From an uncultured Bacteroidota bacterium (lineage in GTDB: Bacteria > Bacteroidota > Bacteroidia > Chitinophagales > Chitinophagaceae): a DNA stretch of 64,000 nt. Made by a program: the position numbers and the translations under genes. The first letter of the stretch is position 1; each line of letters begins with the position of its first letter. The notes below the pieces were generated by a model, which was not told where the DNA came from, did not search any database, and was given only the letters and a program-made list of their open reading frames with translations. Of the stretch, positions 29,488 to 38,279 are shown piece by piece. The stretch lies in assembly GCA_963779325.1 (NCBI GenBank), contig CAVZXS010000011.1, positions 400,858 through 464,857 on the forward strand, given 5' to 3'.

Positions 29488-29574
29488 TGTGAGTTCGACA
29501 AAGATGGAGAGTTGTAGCAGACTGTAAATCTGTTGTTCAAAATACTGAGATGGTTCGAATCCATCCGCTCACAC
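29488..29574 (+). tRNA. tRNA-Tyr (GTA), class II, slightly non-canonical spacing
   Basis: anticodon arm GCAGA-CTGTAAA-TCTGT matches the bacterial tRNA-Tyr anticodon arm; long variable region; T arm GATGG-TTCGAAT-CCATC; acceptor TGTGAGT/GCTCACA. Confidence 0.45.
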
Positions 29575-29577
29575 AAT

Positions 29578-29661
29578 GGAGAGAGTCCGGTTGGTCGAGG
29601 AAGCTGTCTTGAAAACAGACCGGGTGTAATAGCCCCAAGAGTTCGAATCTCTTTCTCTCCG
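29578..29661 (+). tRNA. tRNA-Ser (TGA), class II
   Basis: acceptor GGAGAGA/TCTCTCC, anticodon loop CTTGAAA, T arm AAGAG-TTCGAAT-CTCTT (same T arm as E. coli tRNA-Ser UGA), long variable arm. Confidence 0.6.
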
Positions 29662-29816
29662 CCGGTGAAAACATCCCCTCCACGGAGGGGCGAGTTGAGG
29701 AAAACATATTGCTATAGGAGACCGGGGTGGGTTGCTGAATAGCCATATGCAGCACAAGTGTGCGACGCAAGGGACGATGACCGGAGTTACTACAGCCGGT
29801 AACAAAAAAATAGTTT

Positions 29817-29901
29817 GGAGAGTTGACAGAGTGGTAATGTAATGGCCTGCTAAGCCATACATCGTTTATTCGGTGCAAAGGTTCGAATCCTTTACTCTCC
29901 G
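29817..29901 (+). tRNA. tRNA-Ser (GCT), class II
   Basis: acceptor GGAGAGT/ACTCTCC, anticodon arm ATGGC-CTGCTAA-GCCAT, T arm AAAGG-TTCGAAT-CCTTT, long variable arm. Confidence 0.65.
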
Positions 29902-29962
29902 CTTTAATCAACAAAGCTTTAGCGAAGTTGATAAATTGTTTGACAATGGGTGAATTCGATAG

Positions 29963-29982
29963 CCTGCCTGCCGGCAGGCAGG
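29963..29982. repeat. perfect 20-bp palindrome CCTGCCTGCCGGCAGGCAGG
   Basis: near-identical 21-bp copy at 30269-30289. Confidence 0.7.
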
Positions 29983-30015
29983 TGAGGAAATAGTAATCAA
30001 TCAATACTCATTTCA

Positions 30016-30087
30016 AACAACCGGACGAATAGCTCCAATGGCAGAGCAGCGGTTTGAAGCACCGTGGTTATAAGTTCGAGTCTTATT
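30016..30087 (+). tRNA. tRNA-Phe (GAA)
   Basis: canonical 72-nt cloverleaf: acceptor GGACGAA/TTCGTCC, D arm GCTC-CAATGGCA-GAGC, anticodon arm GCGGT-TTGAAGC-ACCGT, T arm ATAAG-TTCGAGT-CTTAT (identical T arm to the tRNA-Arg at 29211). Confidence 0.65.
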
Positions 30088-30253
30088 TCGTCCGCGTAGA
30101 AAAGTACAATAAGAAAAAAGATGAATAAAGAACAAATGTCGAATGGAGCGTCGCCAATGTCGCTATATCAGGGAACAGAAGTTGGAAAACAAAATACTCC
30201 TTCGCTAAAGCTACGGAGTACAAGAAAAATTTAAATACCCTGCGGGGAAAACA

Positions 30254-30766
30254 ATGGAACAGGAACAACCTGCCTGCCGGACAGGCAGGCAACAATGGAG
30301 AAAATTAAACGGGCAACGGATTCAGCAACCAATTGAAGACGAAGTAAAAGAAGTATTGATGCGTGAAAAAGAAATGGGACATGAATTAAAAGTATGCATC
30401 GGTACCGATAGCCAGGTAAAAGGTCGTGTAACAGAGTTCGCAACCGTTATCGTTTTCATTCGTAAAGGAAAAGGCGGTTTTATGTATATACACAATGAAA
30501 CTACCAAACAGAAAATGACCATTAAACAACGGATGTTGATTGAAGTAGCAAAAAGTATTGATGCGGCTTACCCGTTGTGTAATATTTTCAGCCGGTACAG
30601 TGTGGATATGGAAGTGCATGCCGACATCAATACCAACCAAAACTTTAAAAGTAATGATGCCTTGAAAGAAGCAATGGGCTATATTATGGGTATGGGATTC
30701 GTTTTTAAAGCCAAGCCGGATGCTTTTGCAAGTTCAAGTTGTGCTAATAAAGTGGTAAACCCCTAA
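30254..30766 (+). CDS. hypothetical protein (possibly DUF458/YkuK-like RNase-H-fold protein); true start may be the internal Met at 30359
   Basis: 170-aa ORF; VCIGTDSQVKGRVTEFATVIVFIRKGKGGFMYIHNETT core; ORF N-terminus is encoded by the palindromic repeat, suggesting a later start. Confidence 0.4.
   Translation: MEQEQPACRTGRQQWRKLNGQRIQQPIEDEVKEVLMREKEMGHELKVCIGTDSQVKGRVTEFATVIVFIRKGKGGFMYIHNETTKQKMTIKQRMLIEVAKSIDAAYPLCNIFSRYSVDMEVHADINTNQNFKSNDALKEAMGYIMGMGFVFKAKPDAFASSSCANKVVNP
30269..30289. repeat. 21-bp near-perfect palindrome CCTGCCTGCCGGACAGGCAGG (second copy)
   Basis: see 29963-29982; lies at the 5' end of ORF 30254..30766. Confidence 0.7.
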
Positions 30767-30984
30767 ATCCCTTAAAGGGGACATCGGGCCGTTGATAACT
30801 GAATGAATCTTAAAATAATCATAAGCCTTTTAAGCCTCCCCTTTGGGGCAGGTTTAGAGGGGCTACAAAAAGCTTGCCTAACGGCAAGATGGTCATTAGT
30901 ATGTTGCCGGCAAACCGGATGAGTGTTTTTAAAACACCATAGTACAGACGTAGTAACTATCTGTATGCTGTTGCATCAATATGC

Positions 30985-31170
30985 AGTGTCCACCATACTC
31001 TGTGGGTCAAGGGTTCGATTCCCTTTCACTTTTACTAGTGGTAGCTCAGTTGGTTAGAGCAACAGAAAGCAGCGCCGGTTCGACTCCGGCTCCGACACAA
31101 CTCGGATAGTTCAGTGGTAGAACACTACGTTTAGGACGTGGAAGTCGGAAGCTATCGCCACTTCCTTAAA
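30985..31170 (+). other. cluster of tRNA-derived fragments / pseudo-tRNAs
   Basis: T-arm remnant AAGGG-TTCGATT-CCCTT (31007-31025) with no matching acceptor; D-arm-plus-T-arm unit TAGCTCAGTTGGTTAGAGC...GCCGG-TTCGACT-CCGGC (31041-31090) lacking an anticodon arm; D-arm unit TAGTTCAGTGGTAGAAC (31108-31124) with non-canonical 3' part. Confidence 0.35.
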
Positions 31171-31451
31171 AAGGCGACTAACTAAAAGCAGGTGTTGCTT
31201 TCCCGATGAATTGTAAATGCCGGGGTGAAAACCGGAGTTAACAAAACATCAATTTGATTAACACCAGAAAAATGCAATGCCGTTATACTACAGGTTGCAC
31301 TTAAACAATGTTGAATTACTGACAACAAGTTCAGTAAAAAATATAGTTTAACTGTTTCTTTAAAAATAACTAAAGGTATTTTCCGTGAGAATGAAATGGA
31401 AAGCAGCGCCTGCTTTATTAAAACAAACTTGAAAATTTAAAATAGAAGACA

Positions 31452-32549
31452 ATGAAAAAAGTAAAAGTAAATGCCTATCAAATTGCGTTGGTATTTAAAA
31501 ACGGTGTATATCGGCGTATGTTGAAAGAAGGTACCTATTGGTTGTGGAACGAAAATGTGTACATCTACGATGTAACCAAATCTTTTATTGCACCGATAGA
31601 GTTGAATATTTTATTGCAGGATGCCGAATTAGCCAATGCATTACAGGTAATTGATGTAAGCGATAACGAAATTGTATTGCAGTACCGGGAAGGTTTGTTA
31701 ACACAAGTATTGACTGCCGGTCGTTATACTTTTTGGAAAAGCGTAATTAACTACGAGTTTGTTAAAGCAGACATCAGCAAAATAGACATTACTGAAAACA
31801 TCAGCCGTGCCGTATTGCAAAACAAATTAGTAGCGCCGTATGTACATACTTACAATGTAGAGAATTATGAGAAAGCCGTATTATTTATTGACGGTAAGTA
31901 TGCACAAATATTGCAGGCCGGCGTATATTACTGGTGGAAAAACAATATTACCATTGCAGTAGGCAAAGCAGATACCCGTATGCAGCAAATAGAAATCAAT
32001 GGCCAGGAAATTTTGACCAAAGACAAAGCTGCGTTGCGTATCAATGGTTATGCTCAATACAAAGTTGCGGATATAGAAAAAGCTTTGTTGCAAAACAAAG
32101 ACTATGAACGCCAGTTGTATGTAGCTTTCCAGTTGGCATTGCGGGAGTACATCGGTGGCCTGGCATTTGATGAATTGTTGGAGAAAAAAGAAACCATTGT
32201 ACCATTTATTTTAGAAGCGGTAAAAACTGCTGCTGAAAATTTGGGTGTAGAAGTAAGCGGTTTCGGTATCCGTGACATTATTTTGCCGGGCGATGTAAAA
32301 GACATCATGAACAAAGTATTGGTGGCGGAAAAAAATGCGCAGGCCAACAGCATTATGCGGCGTGAAGAAACTGCAAGCACCCGTAGCTTGTTAAACACTG
32401 CCAAATTGATGGAGGATAATACCATGTTGTGGAAATTGAAAGAGATGGAATACGTAGAGAAGATTGCCGATAAAATCAGCAATATCAGCGTAAGCGGTAA
32501 TGGCGCATTGATTGAACAGTTGAAACAGATATTTGTAGCGCAGAAATAA
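31452..32549 (+). CDS. SPFH/band-7 (stomatin/prohibitin-like) domain protein with N-terminal triple-repeat extension
   Basis: 365 aa; C-terminal half has SPFH-domain pattern (..ALREYIGGLAFDELLEKKETI..GVEVSGFGIRDIILPGDVKDIMNKVLVAEKNAQANSIM..); N-terminal ~180 aa contain three ~55-aa repeats (VLQYREGLLTQVLTAGRYTFWK / VLFIDGKYAQILQAGVYYWWK / ALVFKNGVYRRMLKEGTYWLW). Confidence 0.75.
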   Translation: MKKVKVNAYQIALVFKNGVYRRMLKEGTYWLWNENVYIYDVTKSFIAPIELNILLQDAELANALQVIDVSDNEIVLQYREGLLTQVLTAGRYTFWKSVINYEFVKADISKIDITENISRAVLQNKLVAPYVHTYNVENYEKAVLFIDGKYAQILQAGVYYWWKNNITIAVGKADTRMQQIEINGQEILTKDKAALRINGYAQYKVADIEKALLQNKDYERQLYVAFQLALREYIGGLAFDELLEKKETIVPFILEAVKTAAENLGVEVSGFGIRDIILPGDVKDIMNKVLVAEKNAQANSIMRREETASTRSLLNTAKLMEDNTMLWKLKEMEYVEKIADKISNISVSGNGALIEQLKQIFVAQK

Positions 32550-32554
32550 CCTAA

Positions 32555-32587
32555 CATCCGGTATCATATCGGTGCCGGATGTTTTTT
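32555..32587 (+). terminator. rho-independent terminator
   Basis: CATCCGG-tatcatatcggtg-CCGGATG followed by TTTTTT. Confidence 0.65.
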
Positions 32588-33064
32588 CCTTATCCGCTGA
32601 AGCTTTAGAATTTATATTTAGCTTCAATGTGTCGCTGACTTTGAAGTATAACTGTCTCCAAAGTCTTAAATTATATAGGCGTATCGAATAGTTGGGTGAG
32701 GTTTTATAATAAGATTTACTAAATAATGGAAAAATTTAGAATAATGAATTATGGAGAGTTTAAAAGATTTTTGTACTGAAATTTCTATATTATTAGACAA
32801 CTCAGAATATGCAGAAGTTAAAAACAGGTTAGAAATAAAACTTGATCAACTTAATAAAGATGAGGGCAGTTATCCATACATCTTGGCTGAAATCGCAGGG
32901 TTTTATATTGGTATCGGCTAAGAAATTTTGGATAAAGATTGTACAGATAAAGGACTTAAAATTCTCCTTACTGAAGAACAATATTTAGGGGTTTTCTGAG
33001 TGAACAGAGTATAAATTACTGCTTAGGCAATGGTATTCACGCTTTATACAAAATCCAAACAGAT

Positions 33065-33442
33065 ATGGCAACATTGCCAACCCTTGAAATGATTAAGCTT
33101 AATATATCTGAAGACAAAAATTATTATTTTAAAGCATTTAAAAAAATCGACTTTTCGAATATCAAGCATCTTGATTTGCAAATCCTGACTAACCTTGGGA
33201 ATAATTTGAGCCAGTCCGGAAGAGTAGCAGACGCCATAAAATCATATACTATTGTATTAAGGGTTAACAATAAATTTCCACAAGCCTTAATAGGTTTAGC
33301 AGAAGATTTAGATTTTTGGACAAAAATTTCATTTCCCCCAAAAAGTATTTCTTTGTATTCAAATATTTACTCATTATATAAAACAGGTCTGTCAATTGGT
33401 GCAATTCAAGTAATCAAAGAATACACTATGAAAAAAAATTAA
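33065..33442 (+). CDS. hypothetical protein (low-GC orphan)
   Basis: 125-aa ORF, no motif. Confidence 0.35.
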   Translation: MATLPTLEMIKLNISEDKNYYFKAFKKIDFSNIKHLDLQILTNLGNNLSQSGRVADAIKSYTIVLRVNNKFPQALIGLAEDLDFWTKISFPPKSISLYSNIYSLYKTGLSIGAIQVIKEYTMKKN

Positions 33443-33566
33443 AAATTTACGAAGGATTGTTATCGAAAACGAATTTGATTTTTCTTCCCTTGACAAAGAA
33501 CTTAGGCTTAACGAGGAAGAGTATACCAACCATACACCCTTCAGAAAATTTTGTATTGACAATTTT

Positions 33567-34322
33567 TTGTCTTTAAATGAACATTCTCTGTATTGCAAAT
33601 GTTCTGCTGCTTCAAATGATGACCTAAGCATTGTTCATTCTGGAATACAGGTCTTTGGTGAAAAGGTTGGTAAAATGGAGCTTCTATTAAATAGATTAAA
33701 GTCAGAATTTCACTTGGCAAGAAAACTACACTTTGAGAGTTTCAGTAAAACCGTCGATAAAGAGGAAATATTTTTTAGCGAGCTAATGGACAAAGAAATG
33801 ATAGGAGAAGAAGTAGAAAAATTGAGAATAGCTTTTAGAATGTGCTTTGGCATATTTGACAAAATAGCGCATGGAATTTGTTACTTTTTTGAATTGCCGA
33901 AAAAAAAGAATGAAAATATCTATTTTGAAATTTTGGGATAATGGCAAATGTCCGAAAGGTGGAAGAAATTAAAAGATTTACAAAATCCGCATTTAGTGGC
34001 TTTATATAGCATTGCAAATGATTTTAATAACCGTCAAGGTGAGTTTAATTTCTACAAAGTATGGAGAAACAAATTTGAGCATAATAACTTAATATTAGTC
34101 GATAAAACTGACGAATTGGATTTACTTAAACTTTTTGATGATGAAGAATTTATAAGTAAGGTTTCGTTTTCTTTTTTCAAAGAACAAGCATTACATCTGT
34201 TGCAGATTTGTTGTTCTGCCATATATAGTTATACTTATTTGGTACGAACTGAAAGTATGCAGAGTAATAATGACGTGAATTATATTCCGTTTAGTATTAA
34301 ACCTAAAACTAAATCAATCTAA
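33567..34322 (+). pseudogene. hypothetical protein split by a single in-frame TAA (33939-33941); ORFs 33567..33941 and 33948..34322 share one reading frame
   Basis: both ORFs are in frame 0 and separated only by TAA-TGG-CAA before the next ATG. Confidence 0.35.
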
Positions 34323-34419
34323 AAAATAAACCACAGAGTCAGAGAGACACCGAGCAACACAGAGAAGTGAGATGGCCTAATATCTACGGACACAAAATTC
34401 CAATAAATTTACAAAATTT

Positions 34420-34719
34420 ATGGAACACAAACCCATCAGAAAGAAGCAACGTAAGTACGATGCGGATTTCAAAAAAGAAGTATTAAAGATGATCGAATCC
34501 GGACGTCCTGTACCGGAAGTAGCTCAGTCCTTAGGCATTGGCAGCAACCTGATTTATTACTGGAAAAAGCAGTTACTTAAGCCTGATGTAAAAAACAGGG
34601 TTGATACAGCCGTGGTGTATGACGAGGAGAAATCCTTGCTGCAGAAACGGATAAAGGAGTTAGAAACAGAGCGGGATATTTTAAAAAAAGCCTTGGGCAT
34701 TTTCAGCCGTCCGATATAA
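34420..34719 (+). CDS. IS3-family transposase OrfA (HTH)
   Basis: 99 aa; KKQRKYDADFKKEVLKMIESGRPVPEVAQSLGIGSNLIYYWKKQ HTH; leucine-zipper-like C-terminus. Confidence 0.85.
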   Translation: MEHKPIRKKQRKYDADFKKEVLKMIESGRPVPEVAQSLGIGSNLIYYWKKQLLKPDVKNRVDTAVVYDEEKSLLQKRIKELETERDILKKALGIFSRPI

Positions 34720-34724
34720 CAGCG

Positions 34725-35714
34725 TTGTATCAATTTGTCAGTACTAATCAACCTGAGTATGCTGTACAGCTGCAGTGCCGTGTGTTGGGCTGCAGCCGCA
34801 GTGGATATTACAGTTGGTGTTCGGGAAAAATACATCAGCCAAATGAAAAAATAAAAAAAATGGAACAACAGGTGATAAAAATATTTCAGGAACATCGCCG
34901 CCGCTATGGTGCCCGGCGTATAGCCAAAACGCTTCAATGCGCAGGTGAAAAGGTTAGCCGTTATAAAGCAGCAAGGATATTAAACAAGTTCGGAGTAAAA
35001 GCCATACAGCCCCGCAGCTTTGTTCCTAAAACAACGGACAGTCGCCACGCATATAAAATCAGTCCTCTGTTATTATTGGACAAGCCTAAGCCCGGCAAAC
35101 CTAATGAAGTATGGGTGGGTGATATTACTTACCTCCCGTTGTCGGGCGGCCAATGGTGTTATATGGCCGTATGGATGGATTTGTTTTCCCGGAAAATTAT
35201 TGGCTGGCACATTGATGATAACATGCAGGAGGCATTGATAACAACAGCATTTAAAAAAGCAGTAAGTACCAGAAGTATTGAACAGGGATTGATTGTTCAT
35301 TCCGACAGAGGAGGTCAATATGCAGGCAATGCGTTTAGAAAAATGATAGCAGCCAATAATATGCTGCAAAGCATGAGCCGCGCAGACAACCCCTATGATA
35401 ATGCCGCTATGGAATCTTACTTCAGCCGCTATAAGGCGGAGCTGTTGCAATATGGAATATTTGATAACCTGCAAGATGCCCGGACAGAAACATTCGAGTA
35501 TATAGAAATGTACTACAACACCAAACGGATACATTCATCGCTGGACTATAATAATCCCATGCAATACGAACAAATTTATGAACAAAACAATAACTTTATG
35601 CCGGACAAACAAACGGCGATGCTTTATAATGAAGAATCGTCTTTTATTGAAAGGGGCATCGAGCCCCTTTCAATAAAGCACAAACAAACAGGCTCAGCAT
35701 TACCCAAAGAATAG
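34725..35714 (+). CDS. IS3-family transposase OrfB (DDE integrase core), expressed as OrfAB fusion by -1 ribosomal frameshift
   Basis: rve-type core VWVGDITYLPLSGGQWCYMAVWMDLFSRKIIGW...HSDRGGQYAGNAF...; reading the -1 frame from the A7G motif joins OrfA to this frame without stops. Confidence 0.85.
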   Translation: MYQFVSTNQPEYAVQLQCRVLGCSRSGYYSWCSGKIHQPNEKIKKMEQQVIKIFQEHRRRYGARRIAKTLQCAGEKVSRYKAARILNKFGVKAIQPRSFVPKTTDSRHAYKISPLLLLDKPKPGKPNEVWVGDITYLPLSGGQWCYMAVWMDLFSRKIIGWHIDDNMQEALITTAFKKAVSTRSIEQGLIVHSDRGGQYAGNAFRKMIAANNMLQSMSRADNPYDNAAMESYFSRYKAELLQYGIFDNLQDARTETFEYIEMYYNTKRIHSSLDYNNPMQYEQIYEQNNNFMPDKQTAMLYNEESSFIERGIEPLSIKHKQTGSALPKE

Positions 35715-36665
35715 CTCTTTATTTTTTAACCTTGCAATTTACTGTCCGTGTAAATCAAGCCACCTCAAAGATCACCGTGTAACTCAGTGCCCTTGTGTCA
35801 CCGTGGTTCAAAACCATCCTTCGGAAAAGCTGCGGAGGATAAAAAAAATAAAAATGAGTAAATTAAAAACACAATGAAAGAATCAATATTTACAGCGTAT
35901 TCGGCAATTATTTGTCATCATCCGTTAATTCAAGATAAGCAAGCACCAACTCATTAAGCCGTTTATTCTTTTTATGAACAAGTAAATAGCTGTATATAAA
36001 CATACCACCGGCGTTAAATTGCTTGTTACCTTACAATTATGTGTTGAGGGATGGTCGTAGTAGTCAAACCAGCTTAAAAATTTTCTTGACCGCGCGGTTT
36101 CCTGCCATCGGAATTGTCGCAGACATATACAACGGCATTCGATTTTGATAAAAGGAAGTCACCAACAATTGTAATGACAGTATCAGCAATTTTTTATCAG
36201 TGCCTTTGCGAACAGTTTGCCTTTTTGACTATAAGTTCAGATTGAAAGAAAAGAAGTATGGTGCTATTTCAGGTCGTGATGCTAAAATATTCGGCATATG
36301 CAAATGAAATAACATTGATATTCATCACCTGCATTGGTTGTAAAAACAAAGGTAAGGTCGTCGATATTTGGATAAAGAGTATAGGCGTGCAAAATGAGGC
36401 CATGTGATTTTTCTAAGTTGTTTTAAGGAAGTTCCATGTTGCATGGCGTCCCGATAATTTTTTGATCGGCCAGCATTTTTTGAACCATTTCTAATTTGGT
36501 CATAGGTTTAACCTTTGGCCTGCGTTTGGAACGCACACTCTTTTTGGGTTTAACAATTGCTGAGGCCATGACAAATGATTTATTGCAATTTACAAAAATT
36601 TAAACAAAAAATGAGCAAATTAAAATCAATGCCGAAATAAAATCGGCATCAAAAATTTATAAATT

Positions 36666-36851
36666 ATGAAATTGAAATTAACAGGAAAACAAATCCGTGC
36701 CATTGGTTACGCAGAAGGGCCGGTGGTAAGTGTGGCCATGCATACCATGAGTACACACTTTAAACACAGTACCGAAGAAGAAGCATTGCAAATATTAAAA
36801 GATGTATTGGCAGCGCCGGAAAATTATTTGGCAGATGAAGTGATTATCTAA
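36666..36851 (+). CDS. hypothetical small protein upstream of rtcB
   Basis: 61-aa ORF. Confidence 0.3.
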   Translation: MKLKLTGKQIRAIGYAEGPVVSVAMHTMSTHFKHSTEEEALQILKDVLAAPENYLADEVII

Positions 36852-36868
36852 AATTGCAGAGAAATTAA

Positions 36869-38114
36869 TTGATAGTTGAAAGAAGAAAGGTAACTGGAAA
36901 TTCCATTAAGGAAAAAGGCGTGGAGTACAATGTTTTTGGTGCCAAGCATATTGAAGAGGGTGCTTTGCTGCAAATGCAAATAGCTGCTAAATTACCCGTG
37001 GCTGTTGCCGGTGCATTGATGCCGGATGCACACCAGGGCTACGGCTTACCGATAGGCGGTGTATTGGCAACAGATAATGCCGTTATTCCGTATGCGGTGG
37101 GTGTGGATATTGGTTGCAGAATGTGTCTAAGCATTTTTGCCATCAATCCCGATGAGTTGAAAAAGAGAGAAGCTAATTTTCAACGGGAGTTAGTGGCCAA
37201 TACATTGTTTGGTGCAGGAAGAGAATTCAGTACCGAACACTGAACATGAAGTACTGGACAGAAAAGAATTTACTGAAATAAATTTCTTGCAACCATTGCA
37301 GCATAAAGCATTAAAGCAATTGGGCAGCAGCGGCAGCGGTAATCACTTTGTAGAGTTTGGTAAAGTAGAAATTACGGACGAGAACAACCCGATGGGATTA
37401 CCGGTTGGTAATTATGTTGGTTTGTTAAGTCATAGCGGCAGCCGCGGTTTGGGCGCCACCATTGCCAATCACTATACACAAATTGCCATGCAAAAAACAC
37501 CGTTGCCGAAAGAAGCCAAGCATTTAGCATGGCTTGGGTTGGATACTGAAGAAGGAATGGAATACTGGCTGGCCATGAATTTGGCGGGTGATTATGCTTC
37601 TGCCTGTCACCATACCATACATGCAAAAATTGCAAAAGCCATTGGTGAAAAACCGTTAGCCATGGTTGAGAACCATCACAACTTTGCATGGAAAGAAATG
37701 TATGAAGGAAAAGAAGTGATTGTACACCGTAAAGGTGCTACACCTGCGGGTAAAAATGTATTGGGAATAATTCCGGGCAGTATGACGGCACCGGGCTTTA
37801 TAGTAAAAGGTAAAGGTGAATTGACTTCTTTAAATTCTGCAAGCCATGGCGCCGGGAGAAAAATGAGTCGCAGCAAAGCATTAGTCAATATTACCCATGA
37901 TGCATTGAAAAAAGAATTGAAGGAGCATGGTGTGAAATTAATAGGCGGCGGATTGGATGAAGCGCCGTTTGCTTACAAAGACATTCATGAAGTAATGCAA
38001 TGCCAAACAACGTTGGTAGATGTACTGGGGAAATTTTACCCGGTTATTGTACAAATGGATGGTAATGATCCAAGAAAACACAGGAAGAGAAGGGATGAAG
38101 TAGCAGGTGAATAG
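36869..38114 (+). pseudogene. rtcB: RNA-splicing ligase RtcB, split by a frameshift near 37209-37243
   Basis: N-terminal ORF has MPDAHQGYGLPIGGV..AVGVDIGCRM; C-terminal ORF has GSGNHFVEFG, LLSHSGSRGLG, HHNFAW, HRKGAT, IIPGSMTAPGFIVKG, SASHGAGRKMSR - all hallmark RtcB motifs. Confidence 0.85.
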
Positions 38115-38279
38115 TCATTAATTTAAAAAATTATAATTGAGCAGTCACTCCTGTTGTCATTCGGCAACAGGAGTTTTTTTTCGTGCTTTTACTTAGTAAA
38201 AATAGTATTGGAAAATTTTTTAACCGTTTAAACGTTTATGAAAACGTAATGTCTGAATTACTCTAAAAATCTAAACTTT

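Larger units (their letters stand above)
34373..35762 (+). mobile_element. IS3-family insertion sequence (~1.39 kb) with imperfect ~27-bp terminal inverted repeats
   Basis: IRL TGGCCTAATATCTACGGACACAAAATT (34373-34399) vs reverse complement of IRR AATTTACTGTCCGTGTAAATCAAGCCA (35736-35762); orfA/orfB organisation with slippery A AAA AAA G at 34683-34690. Confidence 0.75.

Noticed and set aside
29533-30004. ORFs 29533..29742 (+), 29537..30004 (-) and 29569..29862 (-) in the tRNA array
   Set aside because: They run across several tRNA-like genes and hairpin repeats. The translations are composition-driven with no motifs.
30985-31030. T-arm-like GGGTTCGATTCCC as the 3' end of tmRNA
   Set aside because: The tmRNA-specific upstream elements and the alanyl acceptor (…GCCUCCACCA-like end) are absent.
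31040-31240. Possible RNase P RNA, because GCAACAGAAAGCAG resembles the M1 RNA CR-II block
   Set aside because: The P4 GGAAAGUCCGG block is absent and other blocks are in the wrong order. D-arm and T-arm sequences show the region is tRNA-derived.
36440-36583. 48-aa Lys/Arg-rich ORF on the - strand (MASAIVKPKKSVRSKRRPKVKP..)
   Set aside because: It lies in the decayed region downstream of the IS element, has no recognisable family and is below threshold. It could be a remnant or a real small basic protein, so it is not called.
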